Of a DNA stretch of 64,000 bases, positions 10,049 through 18,298 are shown piece after piece. The position numbers and the translations under genes are program-made. Each line of letters begins with the position of its first letter. Position 1 is the first letter of the stretch. Below the pieces are notes generated by a model, which searched no databases, was not told where the DNA came from, and saw only the letters and a program-made list of their open reading frames with translations. Origin of the DNA: an uncultured bacterium (GTDB taxonomy: Bacteria > Oederibacteriota > Oederibacteriia > Oederibacteriales > Oederibacteriaceae); assembly GCA_965112635.1 (NCBI GenBank), contig OZ218778.1, forward strand, positions 1,440,001-1,504,000. Direction: 5' to 3'.

Positions 10049-10055
10049 GTTAGCA

Positions 10056-10102
10056 GGGAAAGGTTTGACAGAGGGGCTAGGGGGGATAAAATCAAGGTAT
10101 TG
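10056..10102 (+). promoter_or_regulatory. Repeated promoter module P copy 1, upstream of KilA-N
   Basis: TTGACA-GAGGGG...-TAAAAT; related copies at 11363-11390 and 11490-11537. Confidence 0.7.
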
Positions 10103-10169
10103 TTTTAGATAGGCAGACGAGGCAAAAGGAATTAAGAATTATTTTTGATATCAATGTGGAGGATAAATA

Positions 10170-10985
10170 ATGTCAAAGATAAATGTAAAAGGCAGGGAAA
10201 TATCCATATTAAGTAAAAAAGATGAGGACTATATCTGCGTCACCGATATTGCACGATATAAAAATGCCGATAGAACCGACGATTTGATAAGGAACTGGCT
10301 GAGAAACAGGAACACTATCGAATTTTTAGGAGTTTGGGAACAGTTAAATAACCCTGGTTTTAAACCCGTGGAATTCGACGGGTTTAGAAAACAAGCCGGC
10401 CTTAATAGTTTTACGCTAACGCCCAGTCAATGGATCGCAAAAACAAACGCCATAGGGATCATCTCCAAAGCGGGGCGTTATGGCGGGACCTACGCTCACA
10501 AAGATATTGCCTTTGAGTTTGCCTCATGGATTTCCGTTGAGTTCAAGCTCTATTTGATCAAAGAATTTCAGCGCCTTAAAGAGGAGGAACACAAACAACT
10601 TGGCTGGGATATAAGACGCAATCTAACCAAAATAAACTACCGGATACATACGGATGCTGTTAAGGAAAATTTGATACCCGCCGAATTATCAAAAGCACAG
10701 ATCAATCTGGTCTATGCCACGGAAGCTGACATCCTCAATATGTCTCTATTCGGAATGACAGCCAAGCAGTGGCGGGACACTAACCCGGATAAAAAAGGAA
10801 ATATTCGTGATTATGCCGATATTTCACAGCTGGTATGTTTATCTAACCTGGAAACCCTGAACGCTCTTTTTATAAACGAAAGTTTGTCTCAGGGAGAGCG
10901 GCTCATCAAACTTAACAAAATAGCGATCCAGCAAATGAAACTCTTGACTGATCACAAGGGCATTAAAAAGCTGGGAGAATTATGA
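10170..10985 (+). CDS. KilA-N domain DNA-binding protein
   Basis: 'DYICVTDIA', 'IRNWLRNRNTIEFLGVWE', 'GRYGGTYAHKDIAFEFASWIS'. Confidence 0.92.
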   Translation: MSKINVKGREISILSKKDEDYICVTDIARYKNADRTDDLIRNWLRNRNTIEFLGVWEQLNNPGFKPVEFDGFRKQAGLNSFTLTPSQWIAKTNAIGIISKAGRYGGTYAHKDIAFEFASWISVEFKLYLIKEFQRLKEEEHKQLGWDIRRNLTKINYRIHTDAVKENLIPAELSKAQINLVYATEADILNMSLFGMTAKQWRDTNPDKKGNIRDYADISQLVCLSNLETLNALFINESLSQGERLIKLNKIAIQQMKLLTDHKGIKKLGEL

Positions 10986-11420
10986 CCTCTGGCAGGAAAC
11001 CCCGCGGACTCTGCCGCGGGGATGTTTATAGTCAAGGATTGGCTCTTTCAAGATTCTCTGAACCCCACGCTCCTTCGGCCGTTCGATAATTCCTGCAAAA
11101 ATATTAATAAGGCGTTTCCTTTCAGGTATTATCGAATCGCAACAGCTTTGCGATCCTGGCAACTCGCCTCTACAAGGCGAAGCCTTGGAGGGTCGCCGTA
11201 ACGCCGAAATGGGTTGAAGAATCTGAATGATTCTTCAACGGGCCTCTACAATAATCCTTTTTGAGGTGAGGCCCCGGCATAAATGGCCAAAAAGCGGGAA
11301 AGGTCATCGCGGATGGCGTCAGGCCATCCAGCGAAGTGTCACAGGCATAAGAGCCTGCGACGTTGACAGAGGGGATGGGGAGCGTAAAATGAAGAAATGG
11401 TTTTAGATATTCTCTGGCAA

Positions 11421-11588
11421 TGAAAAGGGGTTTGGAATGCAAGAAACAAGACTCGACCCCTTTTCCGTTGAAATAAATGGCCAAAAAGCGGGAAAGATTT
11501 GACAGAGGGGATGGGGGAGAGCAAAATCAAGGTATTGCTTTGGTGAAAAGGGGTTTGGAATGCAAGAAACAAGACTCGACCCCTTTTC
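11421..11588. repeat. Two identical 45-bp copies of hairpin motif F (11421-11465, 11544-11588)
   Basis: TGAAAAGGGGTTTGGAATGCAAGAAACAAGACTCGACCCCTTTTC twice; a 24-bp repeat also at 11279-11302 and 11473-11496. Confidence 0.95.
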
Positions 11589-11649
11589 ACGCTGTGTCTA
11601 GCCTGGTGCTGTGCTCAGGGAACCCCCTTTTTTCCTTCTATATATATCA

Positions 11650-11900
11650 ATCTGGATAATGGGTCGCAGGGCTCCATCAAGATCGGGCCCAAGAAGTTCA
11701 TCGTGCTCCATTAACCCCGTCCTCAAAAGCTGGCGATTTCCAGATAAGACAATCCCCCCGGAATACCCCCACAATGCCCTCAATGCTGGGTTAAGTCCCT
11801 GCCGGACTGCTCTGGCTGGTCTGGTTGGTTTAACCGCAACAATCCCGCCTTCAGCGAGGCCTCTTTAAAATACCTCTGGATTCCGGCTAACCGCCAACTG
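11650..11900 (-). pseudogene. Possible decayed tyrosine-recombinase C-terminal fragment
   Basis: One frame with stops reads 'IQRYFKEASLKAGL...QH*GH...GLSYLEIASF*GR..ST', loosely like box II; weak. Confidence 0.3.
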
Positions 11901-12077
11901 TCCGTAAAACTGTCCGTAAAAAGTGTCCGCAAAGAATGTCCGCAAAGAACTGTCCGTAAAAACCTGCTATAAAACAATACTGTTATTAAATAACAATATT
12001 CAAGTGTCCGTAAAAACTGTCCATAAAACTGTCCGCAAAAGTGTCCGCAAAGAATGTCCGTAAAAAGTGTCCGCAAA
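11899..12077 (+). repeat. Array of 11 direct repeats TGTCC(G/A)(T/C)AAA in clusters of 5 and 6 around an AT-rich spacer
   Basis: Copies start at 11899, 11911, 11924, 11937, 11951, 12005, 12018, 12030, 12042, 12055, 12068. Confidence 0.95.
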
Positions 12078-12107
12078 AGGCCAGGGTGTTGGTATAATGA
12101 CCAACCT

Positions 12108-12608
12108 ATGCTGGACGCTTTAAAATCTCTCAGGACCCCAAAAAAGGACACTCAGGGTATCTTTGGCCTGCTGGCCTGGATATTCGGCGGGGTCTTCTTT
12201 TGCCATGTGATTTACCGCCTGTTTATCACCCCTGTGGACGGCTATCTGACCACCCACCAAAAATGGGTCCATGTCAGCCTAGGAAGCAACCCCTACTTCC
12301 TGACCGACCTGGGCCAATCCTGCGTTCCCTTTGTTATCTACATCATCTTCCTGTATCTCTACCTGTTCCTGCAGGAAGCCCGCTGCTGGGTGCTTTACCG
12401 GGCTCTCCAGGACGACCCGGCCCTGAGTATAGGTCAGATGACCTCTTTTCGCGGTCTAAAAGCCTGGTTCTACCTGTGGCTCGTCTGCCACTGGATGGCC
12501 ATCCTAGGGGTCTACCGTGGAATGGGGTCACCTATGAAAAAAGAAGTCAAGCCAAAAGCACACCCCAAATCCGTTCAGAACCTACAAAGGGTCTCTAGTT
12601 CCATTTAA
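12108..12608 (+). CDS. Hypothetical membrane protein (~3 TM segments)
   Basis: Hydrophobic stretches; extended -10 TGGTATAAT at 12090-12098 just upstream of ATG 12108. Confidence 0.5.
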   Translation: MLDALKSLRTPKKDTQGIFGLLAWIFGGVFFCHVIYRLFITPVDGYLTTHQKWVHVSLGSNPYFLTDLGQSCVPFVIYIIFLYLYLFLQEARCWVLYRALQDDPALSIGQMTSFRGLKAWFYLWLVCHWMAILGVYRGMGSPMKKEVKPKAHPKSVQNLQRVSSSI

Positions 12609-12673
12609 GGACTAGGAAGCCAGTCACCTATAGATGCTCAAAGGCATATGATGAAGTAGGAACCGGTGGCACA

Positions 12674-13885
12674 ATCACATCTTTCGGATTTAGCTGAAAT
12701 AATCCTCAGCTATTCCATGACCCCGTGGTGCTCGCCGGCCTTTTCCTGCCCTAAAGCTACAAGCTTAAAGGTTTCCTTACGTCTGAGCATATACCAAATG
12801 ACTTCCAAAAGCTTTCGCGCCACAGCAACCCTTCCCGTATTGGCTCCATGCTTGAGTCTAACCCGTTCAAATAAGTTTTTGAACCGTTGATCCTTTTTAA
12901 TTATATGATGACTGTTTTCTACTAAAATCCATCTGAGCCACTTAGAACCTTGCTTTGTTAATCCACCGTGCCTTTCATTATCTGCAGATTGATAGGTTGA
13001 CGGCACCAGCCCAGCGTACGAGCACAACTTTTTTGCACCTGGAAACCTGTCTATTTCTCCAATCTCACTCAAGATCAGCAGGGCAGAATAGATTCCAATC
13101 CCAGGAATACTCTGCAACCTCTGACCTTCTTCACTCAGCTCGATCTGTTTATCCAGCTTTTTCTTGTTCTTCAGCAGCTCCTTGTTCACTGCGTCTATCA
13201 GTCTCAAAAAACCATTTACTTCCTCACGGTAGCTCTCTCTCAATTCAAGACCGGCTAGCCACTTACGGCCCTTCTTGCCAAAAACATCGCTCATTTCATC
13301 TTCGCGCCCATCCTTCATTAAAACCGCGTGAATCTTGCACTTTAACGATGCCCTTTGGGAGACCAGGGAGGCACGGTATCTGAGAACCTCCCTCAAGTCC
13401 CTAATCTCTCTTTTGGGAATGTAAGCGCTGGGCACCAAGTCGGCTCTGGATAAGTGGGCTAGAGTCGTACTGTCTATGGTGTCTGTCTTTATCCGGGCGG
13501 AGGCGATGGCTTTGACTTTCAACGGATGCGCTAAGGTAACTAGGGGCAGATGCTTCTCTATCGTCTCGTAAAAGAACATCCAGTTTCCGGTTGCCTCTAC
13601 AACAACCTTGGTATCCCTAGGATATTTCCCGAAAAAACTCTCCATCTCCTCCCGGTTGTTATTTACTCTCCTTTTCTCTAATACCTTTCCTTTATCATCC
13701 ATCGCTACGACTTGACTGAACTTCTTGTGAAGATCTACCCCCAGATGTATACTCATTTTTGCCGCACCTCCTTAAAAGATTTGTTCCAGCCTTACGGCTG
13801 AGAACCCAGGTTCCCCAAGAACTTTGGTCCTTGAGACCCAGTATATCTTTTAGGATGTGCGGTTTTCCTTTTTCATCACATCACA
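12674..13885 (-). mobile_element. IS110-family element (ends approximate)
   Basis: No terminal IRs; ATCACATCTT at both junctions (12674-12683, 13880-13889); structured 5' non-coding end. Confidence 0.85.
12710..13756 (-). CDS. IS110 DEDD recombinase/transposase
   Basis: 'GVDLHK', 'VEATG', 'KTDTIDS', 'SIPGIG', 'YAGLVPSTYQS', 'VAVARKL'. Confidence 0.95.
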   Translation of the reverse strand: MSIHLGVDLHKKFSQVVAMDDKGKVLEKRRVNNNREEMESFFGKYPRDTKVVVEATGNWMFFYETIEKHLPLVTLAHPLKVKAIASARIKTDTIDSTTLAHLSRADLVPSAYIPKREIRDLREVLRYRASLVSQRASLKCKIHAVLMKDGREDEMSDVFGKKGRKWLAGLELRESYREEVNGFLRLIDAVNKELLKNKKKLDKQIELSEEGQRLQSIPGIGIYSALLILSEIGEIDRFPGAKKLCSYAGLVPSTYQSADNERHGGLTKQGSKWLRWILVENSHHIIKKDQRFKNLFERVRLKHGANTGRVAVARKLLEVIWYMLRRKETFKLVALGQEKAGEHHGVME

Positions 13886-13891
13886 TCTTGA

Positions 13892-15437
13892 CGGGCTGTT
13901 GCCCAAACGATCTCTCTGCCGACTTTTAGCAAAAAGAAGGTGTTAGCCAGCAATGAGAGACAGGCGAGTCCTTAAATAGCCTTAACAACCTTCCAGAAAC
14001 CTCCAAAACCACCGCTTGCGCCCTCGGTCCTCTTCCTCGCTTTACCAGTATCTCGATATTCTGAATTGCCGCCGTCAAATACTCCTGAATCCGAGCCCTC
14101 CAAAGCCTTCGCCATCGCATTCGGGCGAAACCATATCGTTGCGCCCTGGCAAAACTGCGCTCCATCAAATGTTGTCTTATTCGAATGTCTCTCTGCGCTA
14201 TCCAGGATCGGCTGACTTGTCTCATGCTATCCAATTCTTCCTGTCGGAAATGCCTATTTACGGTCCTCCCACTATTGCTCTCCGTACATTGATCTCTCAA
14301 CCCACAAGCCATGCAATCATGTTTAGACGCCGCATAATCTGTGCTCTGTTTCGCTTCGTGAACGGATCTGGGCTTGAGATGGTTCCCGGCTGGACATTCG
14401 TATCTATCGCTGACTGGGTCGTAATGGAACTCCGATGCAGGAAATATCGGCTTCCGGGATGTCTTTCCTGGATTCGTTTTTCCCAGGTCGGGCATATGAG
14501 CCTCCACTCCTCGGTCCAAGCAGGCTAGAAAATTCTCTACCGTCCCATACTTTCCATCCGCCACTACTGTTTGGGCTTGCCTCTCTGTGTTCTGGTGGTG
14601 CTGATCTACCAACGCTTCCATCCGATGGGCCTCGTTCACTTCGCCTGGTGTCACCTCGGTCGCCGTGATAATTTCATGCGCCCCATCCACGGCTCGATGG
14701 ACCTGATACCGAGGCTTGCTCCCACCTACTCGGCGTACCAACGACGCATCCGGATCAGTCGTGGATATATAGCGCTGATTTACCCTCTGTCTCTCCAAAC
14801 CAACCCGCCTCTCTTGAGGCGCTTCTTCCAGACGCCTTTCCAGCTCAAGGTATTTAAGCCTCAATTGACCCTTCAATGACCGGGTGTCCACCACCGAATT
14901 GCAGGAGGCATCCGCTTCCACCAGGCTTGAATCCATGAATATTTTCCGCCCATCTACCAACTTGGCTTCTACACATTGAAAAACGATCCTTTCAAAAAAC
15001 TCCCTAAAAACCTCTTCTCCCCAGCGCTTACGGGCTTTCGAGAGCACACTGTGATCAGGTATCTCCGTTTCCAGGTCGTATCCCAGAAACCACAGCCAAT
15101 CCAGCCTTTCAGGCAAGGTTTCCATCAATTCCCGCTCCGAGCGGACATTGTAAAATACCAGTAAAAGCATGAGTTTCAGGATGAGAGGCGGGGGAACCGA
15201 TTCGTTACCGTTGTTACCATACTTACCCTTGACGGCTCTGTAGACAAAGTCAAAATCAACTAGGGATGCTACTCTTCGAAGCGGGTGGTTGGCTCGTACG
15301 CGGCCTTCCATGTTAATATTCACATAGAACAGCTTCCCTTGCGGTGCTTTCTCGATTCCCATCATGGGGCATCACCTCCTGTAAAAGAAGTATATCGCCT
15401 CATGACTTTTCTTCAACAGCATTTGGGCAACAGCCCG
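13892..15437 (-). mobile_element. IS1182-family element with 16-bp terminal IRs and TTGA target duplication
   Basis: CGGGCTGTTGCCCAAA (13892-13907) / TTTGGGCAACAGCCCG (15422-15437); TTGA at 13888-13891 and 15438-15441. Confidence 0.93.
13926..15365 (-). CDS. IS1182-family DDE transposase
   Basis: 'SERELM', 'PDHSVLSKARKR', 'STTDPDA', 'VADGKY', 'CPAG', 'MERSFA'. Confidence 0.93.
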   Translation of the reverse strand: MMGIEKAPQGKLFYVNINMEGRVRANHPLRRVASLVDFDFVYRAVKGKYGNNGNESVPPPLILKLMLLLVFYNVRSERELMETLPERLDWLWFLGYDLETEIPDHSVLSKARKRWGEEVFREFFERIVFQCVEAKLVDGRKIFMDSSLVEADASCNSVVDTRSLKGQLRLKYLELERRLEEAPQERRVGLERQRVNQRYISTTDPDASLVRRVGGSKPRYQVHRAVDGAHEIITATEVTPGEVNEAHRMEALVDQHHQNTERQAQTVVADGKYGTVENFLACLDRGVEAHMPDLGKTNPGKTSRKPIFPASEFHYDPVSDRYECPAGNHLKPRSVHEAKQSTDYAASKHDCMACGLRDQCTESNSGRTVNRHFRQEELDSMRQVSRSWIAQRDIRIRQHLMERSFARAQRYGFARMRWRRLWRARIQEYLTAAIQNIEILVKRGRGPRAQAVVLEVSGRLLRLFKDSPVSHCWLTPSFC

Positions 15438-15453
15438 TTGACATTTGACAATC

Positions 15454-15539
15454 CCGTCTCCCCCCAGGCTTAACAAACCATTTTCCCCACCGGGGCACAA
15501 TCTCATAAGGATTTAAGGAGTGTGCCCGTTGATTTGCCA
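15454..15539 (+). repeat. Scaffold repeat C copy 2
   Basis: Matches 9835-9919. Confidence 0.95.
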
Positions 15540-15668
15540 CGTGCTCAAGCGCCCATCCATGAGGATGGGCTTGAGCATGTGAGGACGTGAATACCCCCCA
15601 TCTTGCATGTGATATAATGAGACAGTAAGAAAAATTCAGGCGCTAATTTTGATATGGAGGCATTAGCC

Positions 15669-15884
15669 ATGAAATTTATTGTTCTTTTGGAGAAAGCAGA
15701 AGAGGGCGGATACAATGTAAAGGTTCCTGCTTTAGACGGTTGTTTCACGCAAGGTGAAACAGAAAAAGAAGCTCTCGCCAATGCCCAAGAAGCAGTTCAA
15801 TGCTATTTGGAAGGGCTGCAAAAGGTTAACGAAATCAAGGCAAAGAAGATGGTCCTGTCAAGGCAAATAGAGGTCAGGATTTGA
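15669..15884 (+). CDS. hicB: HicB-family antitoxin (short form)
   Basis: '[33 protein letters not shown]'; GGAGG RBS before ATG 15669. Confidence 0.9.
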   Translation: MKFIVLLEKAEEGGYNVKVPALDGCFTQGETEKEALANAQEAVQCYLEGLQKVNEIKAKKMVLSRQIEVRI

Positions 15885-16096
15885 GCAAAACATTTTCCGG
15901 CAAAGAAGTAGTGGGGGCTTTAAAGAGGATTGGATTTACCATTGACCATCAGCGCGGGAGCCATGTCTTCTTGTATAATAAAGACAAAAATATTTCAGTT
16001 ATAGTACCGGCGCATAAAGAGCTGAAAAAAGGCACTCTTCATTCTATATTAAAAAAGGGCGGCCTTACTCTGGAGGATTTAAGGAAATTGGTTTAG
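15881..16096 (+). CDS. hicA: HicA-family toxin
   Basis: '[11 protein letters not shown]', '[17 protein letters not shown]'; overlaps the hicB stop. Confidence 0.92.
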   Translation: MSKTFSGKEVVGALKRIGFTIDHQRGSHVFLYNKDKNISVIVPAHKELKKGTLHSILKKGGLTLEDLRKLV

Positions 16097-16130
16097 TGTA
16101 TCCCCAGCCCCCTTCCATATTTTACCCCCT

Positions 16131-16187
16131 TGCATCTAGTTTCCCAATCCTGTAAAAAATCGCACTTTTCTTAGATTTGTGTTATAC
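16131..16187 (+). repeat. Scaffold motif M copy 3, running into the vapB promoter region
   Basis: Shares its upstream flank with copy 1 and its downstream flank with copy 2. Confidence 0.9.
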
Positions 16188-16234
16188 ACATAAATATGGT
16201 ATATTATGTGTATGAAAGAAAGGAGGGAAGACGG

Positions 16235-16435
16235 ATGTTAAGGACCAATATTGAGTTGGATGAAAAAATGGTGGGACAAGCGCTCAAGCTTACCCACATG
16301 AGGACGAAAAAAGAGCTGGTGAATTACGCCATCAAGGAAATCGTAAGTAGGGAAAAAAGAAAAAAACTCCTTGAGGTGGAAGGGAAAATAACCTGGAAGG
16401 GAAACCTGGAGCTCGTGAGGCAAAGCAGGGCATGA
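16235..16435 (+). CDS. vapB: VapB-family antitoxin
   Basis: 'MLRTNIELDE...TKKELVNYA...WKGNL'; AAGGAGG RBS. Confidence 0.88.
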   Translation: MLRTNIELDEKMVGQALKLTHMRTKKELVNYAIKEIVSREKRKKLLEVEGKITWKGNLELVRQSRA

Positions 16436-16830
16436 TCCTGGTTGATACGAGCGTATGGATCGATTTTTTCACGGGAAAGTCCACACCCCAGCGCCGCATG
16501 CTCCATCAGTTGATCGAGGAGGACGCGGAACTCTGTATTGCGGAGATCATCCTGACGGAAATTCTCCAGGGAGTCGGGGAGGACCAGGAATTTGAAAGGA
16601 TAAAAAGTTACCTGTTGGAATTCCCCATACAAAAGCCAAGGGGTGTTGCAACCTATCTGAAAGCCGCGGAGCTTTACAGGGATTGCAGAAAAAAAGGAAG
16701 AACGGTCAGGAAGACCGTGGATTGCATCCTGGCCGCTTTATGCCTGGAAAACCATCTTGTCCTGCTGCACCATGATAAAGATTTTGACATGATCGCCGAG
16801 TGCTCCGAGCTTAATATATTAAAAGGATAA
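16432..16830 (+). CDS. vapC: VapC PIN-domain toxin
   Basis: 'ILVDTSVWIDF', 'EILQG', 'TVDCILA', 'LHHDKDF'. Confidence 0.93.
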   Translation: MILVDTSVWIDFFTGKSTPQRRMLHQLIEEDAELCIAEIILTEILQGVGEDQEFERIKSYLLEFPIQKPRGVATYLKAAELYRDCRKKGRTVRKTVDCILAALCLENHLVLLHHDKDFDMIAECSELNILKG

Positions 16831-16836
16831 ACATCT

Positions 16837-18297
16837 GTGGCGGAAAATACAAAACCAAAGAGCGGGTTTGCCCAGAAAGAACGGGGCTTTTTTAGGTCTT
16901 TGAGCGGGTTTACTTTGCTTTGCCTGGCTGTGGCAGGCATCCTGGGAATAACCCTGTTGATGGACCTTTTCCAGCACAAGATAACCTATCCCGGCAAACA
17001 GGTCATCACCTTTGCCTCGATGTGGGCGCCGGGGGAGCCGGTCCAGCTGGGCTACGAGCAGATATTCCGGGATTTTGAAAAAGAGTACCCGCAGTACAAA
17101 GTGGAGGCGCGCTGGGAAGGACGCTGGGTCATCCCGGCCATCCGGCCCCGTCTGCTGACCCATTCGGACATCCCGGACATCATCAATGTGGACCGCGACA
17201 GCCTGCGCATCCTGGTGGAGAACGGGTTTATGGAGAGGCTGGACGATATCCTGGACCAGGCGCCCCATCCGGACGACAAAGGCAAAACTTTGCGCCAGGC
17301 TTTTTTGCCCAAGATACTGGATGTTTGCCGGTTCAAACAGGAAGAGGCCGGAGGCAACCCGACCGGCGTCTATCTGGTCCCTTCCGGCGTCTGGACAGTC
17401 TTTGTTTTCTATAACCGCTACCCTTACGAGAAATTAAAGCTCAAAATACCGCGGACCTGGTCGGCTTTTATGGACAACTGCCGCAAGCTCAAGGCGGCCG
17501 GCTATGTGCCCATCGCCGCGGACAAAGATGAATACGCCAATATGTGGGAGGGTTTGCTTTTATGCAGGGCGGTGGGGGAAAAGACCCTGCATCAGACCGT
17601 CACCCAGGGGTTCCCGCGGTTTGATACGGACCCGAGATACCGGCGGACCTATGAGGCCATCCGCGAAATGCACCAGCCCGGCTGGTTCATTGACGGCTGG
17701 CTGGGGTCCCAGTGGCCCGCGGCCCAGAGGCGCTGGGTGAGCGGGGACGGGGTGCATCTCATCTGCGGGTCGTGGATCATCCGGGAAGTCATGTCCTACC
17801 AGCCCGACCCCAAAATATTCAAGCTGGGCGGTTTTATGGTTCCCATGATCGACGGCATAGACTGGAAGGGCCGGAAACCCCTGCCTCTGGGCGACTCCAG
17901 CGGGGTCACTGCCGCCGTGACCGGCCACGCCCTTTTCAAGGGCGGGAGGAACAAGCAGGGGGCCATTCTCCTGCTGTCCTATATCGCCAAACGCCAGAGC
18001 GCCTATGCCCTGGCCTCCATCGGCAAGGAGATCCCGCCCATCGTAGGGGCGTCCTTTCCCCCGGAACTGGAAGACATCCGGCAGGATTTCCAGTCAGCCC
18101 GGATCGTTTATACGGACTCGGTGTCGAACTACGCGGCCAAATGGTTCAAATTTATCCACAACGACCTGTTCCACGATTTTTTTATCTACGAAACGCCCAA
18201 AGAGAACGGTTACCTGACCGTGGACGAGTTCCTGCGGCAAGTCCAGAAGAAGACCGACGAGTACGTTCGCCAGGGCGGGGAGAAAGGGATCAAATAA
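16837..18297 (+). CDS. Carbohydrate ABC transporter substrate-binding protein
   Basis: N-terminal TM anchor; 'PDII', 'FYNR..YEKL..IPRTW..F...C.KLKAAG..PI'. Confidence 0.85.
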   Translation: MAENTKPKSGFAQKERGFFRSLSGFTLLCLAVAGILGITLLMDLFQHKITYPGKQVITFASMWAPGEPVQLGYEQIFRDFEKEYPQYKVEARWEGRWVIPAIRPRLLTHSDIPDIINVDRDSLRILVENGFMERLDDILDQAPHPDDKGKTLRQAFLPKILDVCRFKQEEAGGNPTGVYLVPSGVWTVFVFYNRYPYEKLKLKIPRTWSAFMDNCRKLKAAGYVPIAADKDEYANMWEGLLLCRAVGEKTLHQTVTQGFPRFDTDPRYRRTYEAIREMHQPGWFIDGWLGSQWPAAQRRWVSGDGVHLICGSWIIREVMSYQPDPKIFKLGGFMVPMIDGIDWKGRKPLPLGDSSGVTAAVTGHALFKGGRNKQGAILLLSYIAKRQSAYALASIGKEIPPIVGASFPPELEDIRQDFQSARIVYTDSVSNYAAKWFKFIHNDLFHDFFIYETPKENGYLTVDEFLRQVQKKTDEYVRQGGEKGIK

Positions 18298-18298
18298 G

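Noticed and set aside
11899-12077. Repeat array as a CRISPR
   Set aside because: Repeats are 10 bp with 2-4 bp gaps, there are no unique spacers, and no cas genes are in the window.
12667-12683. TGGCAC as a sigma-54 promoter
   Set aside because: No TTGC at -12; it is the IS110 junction.
8872-16830. Classical integron
   Set aside because: No intI, and I could not find attC-type RYYYAAC...GTTRRRY sites after the cargo genes.
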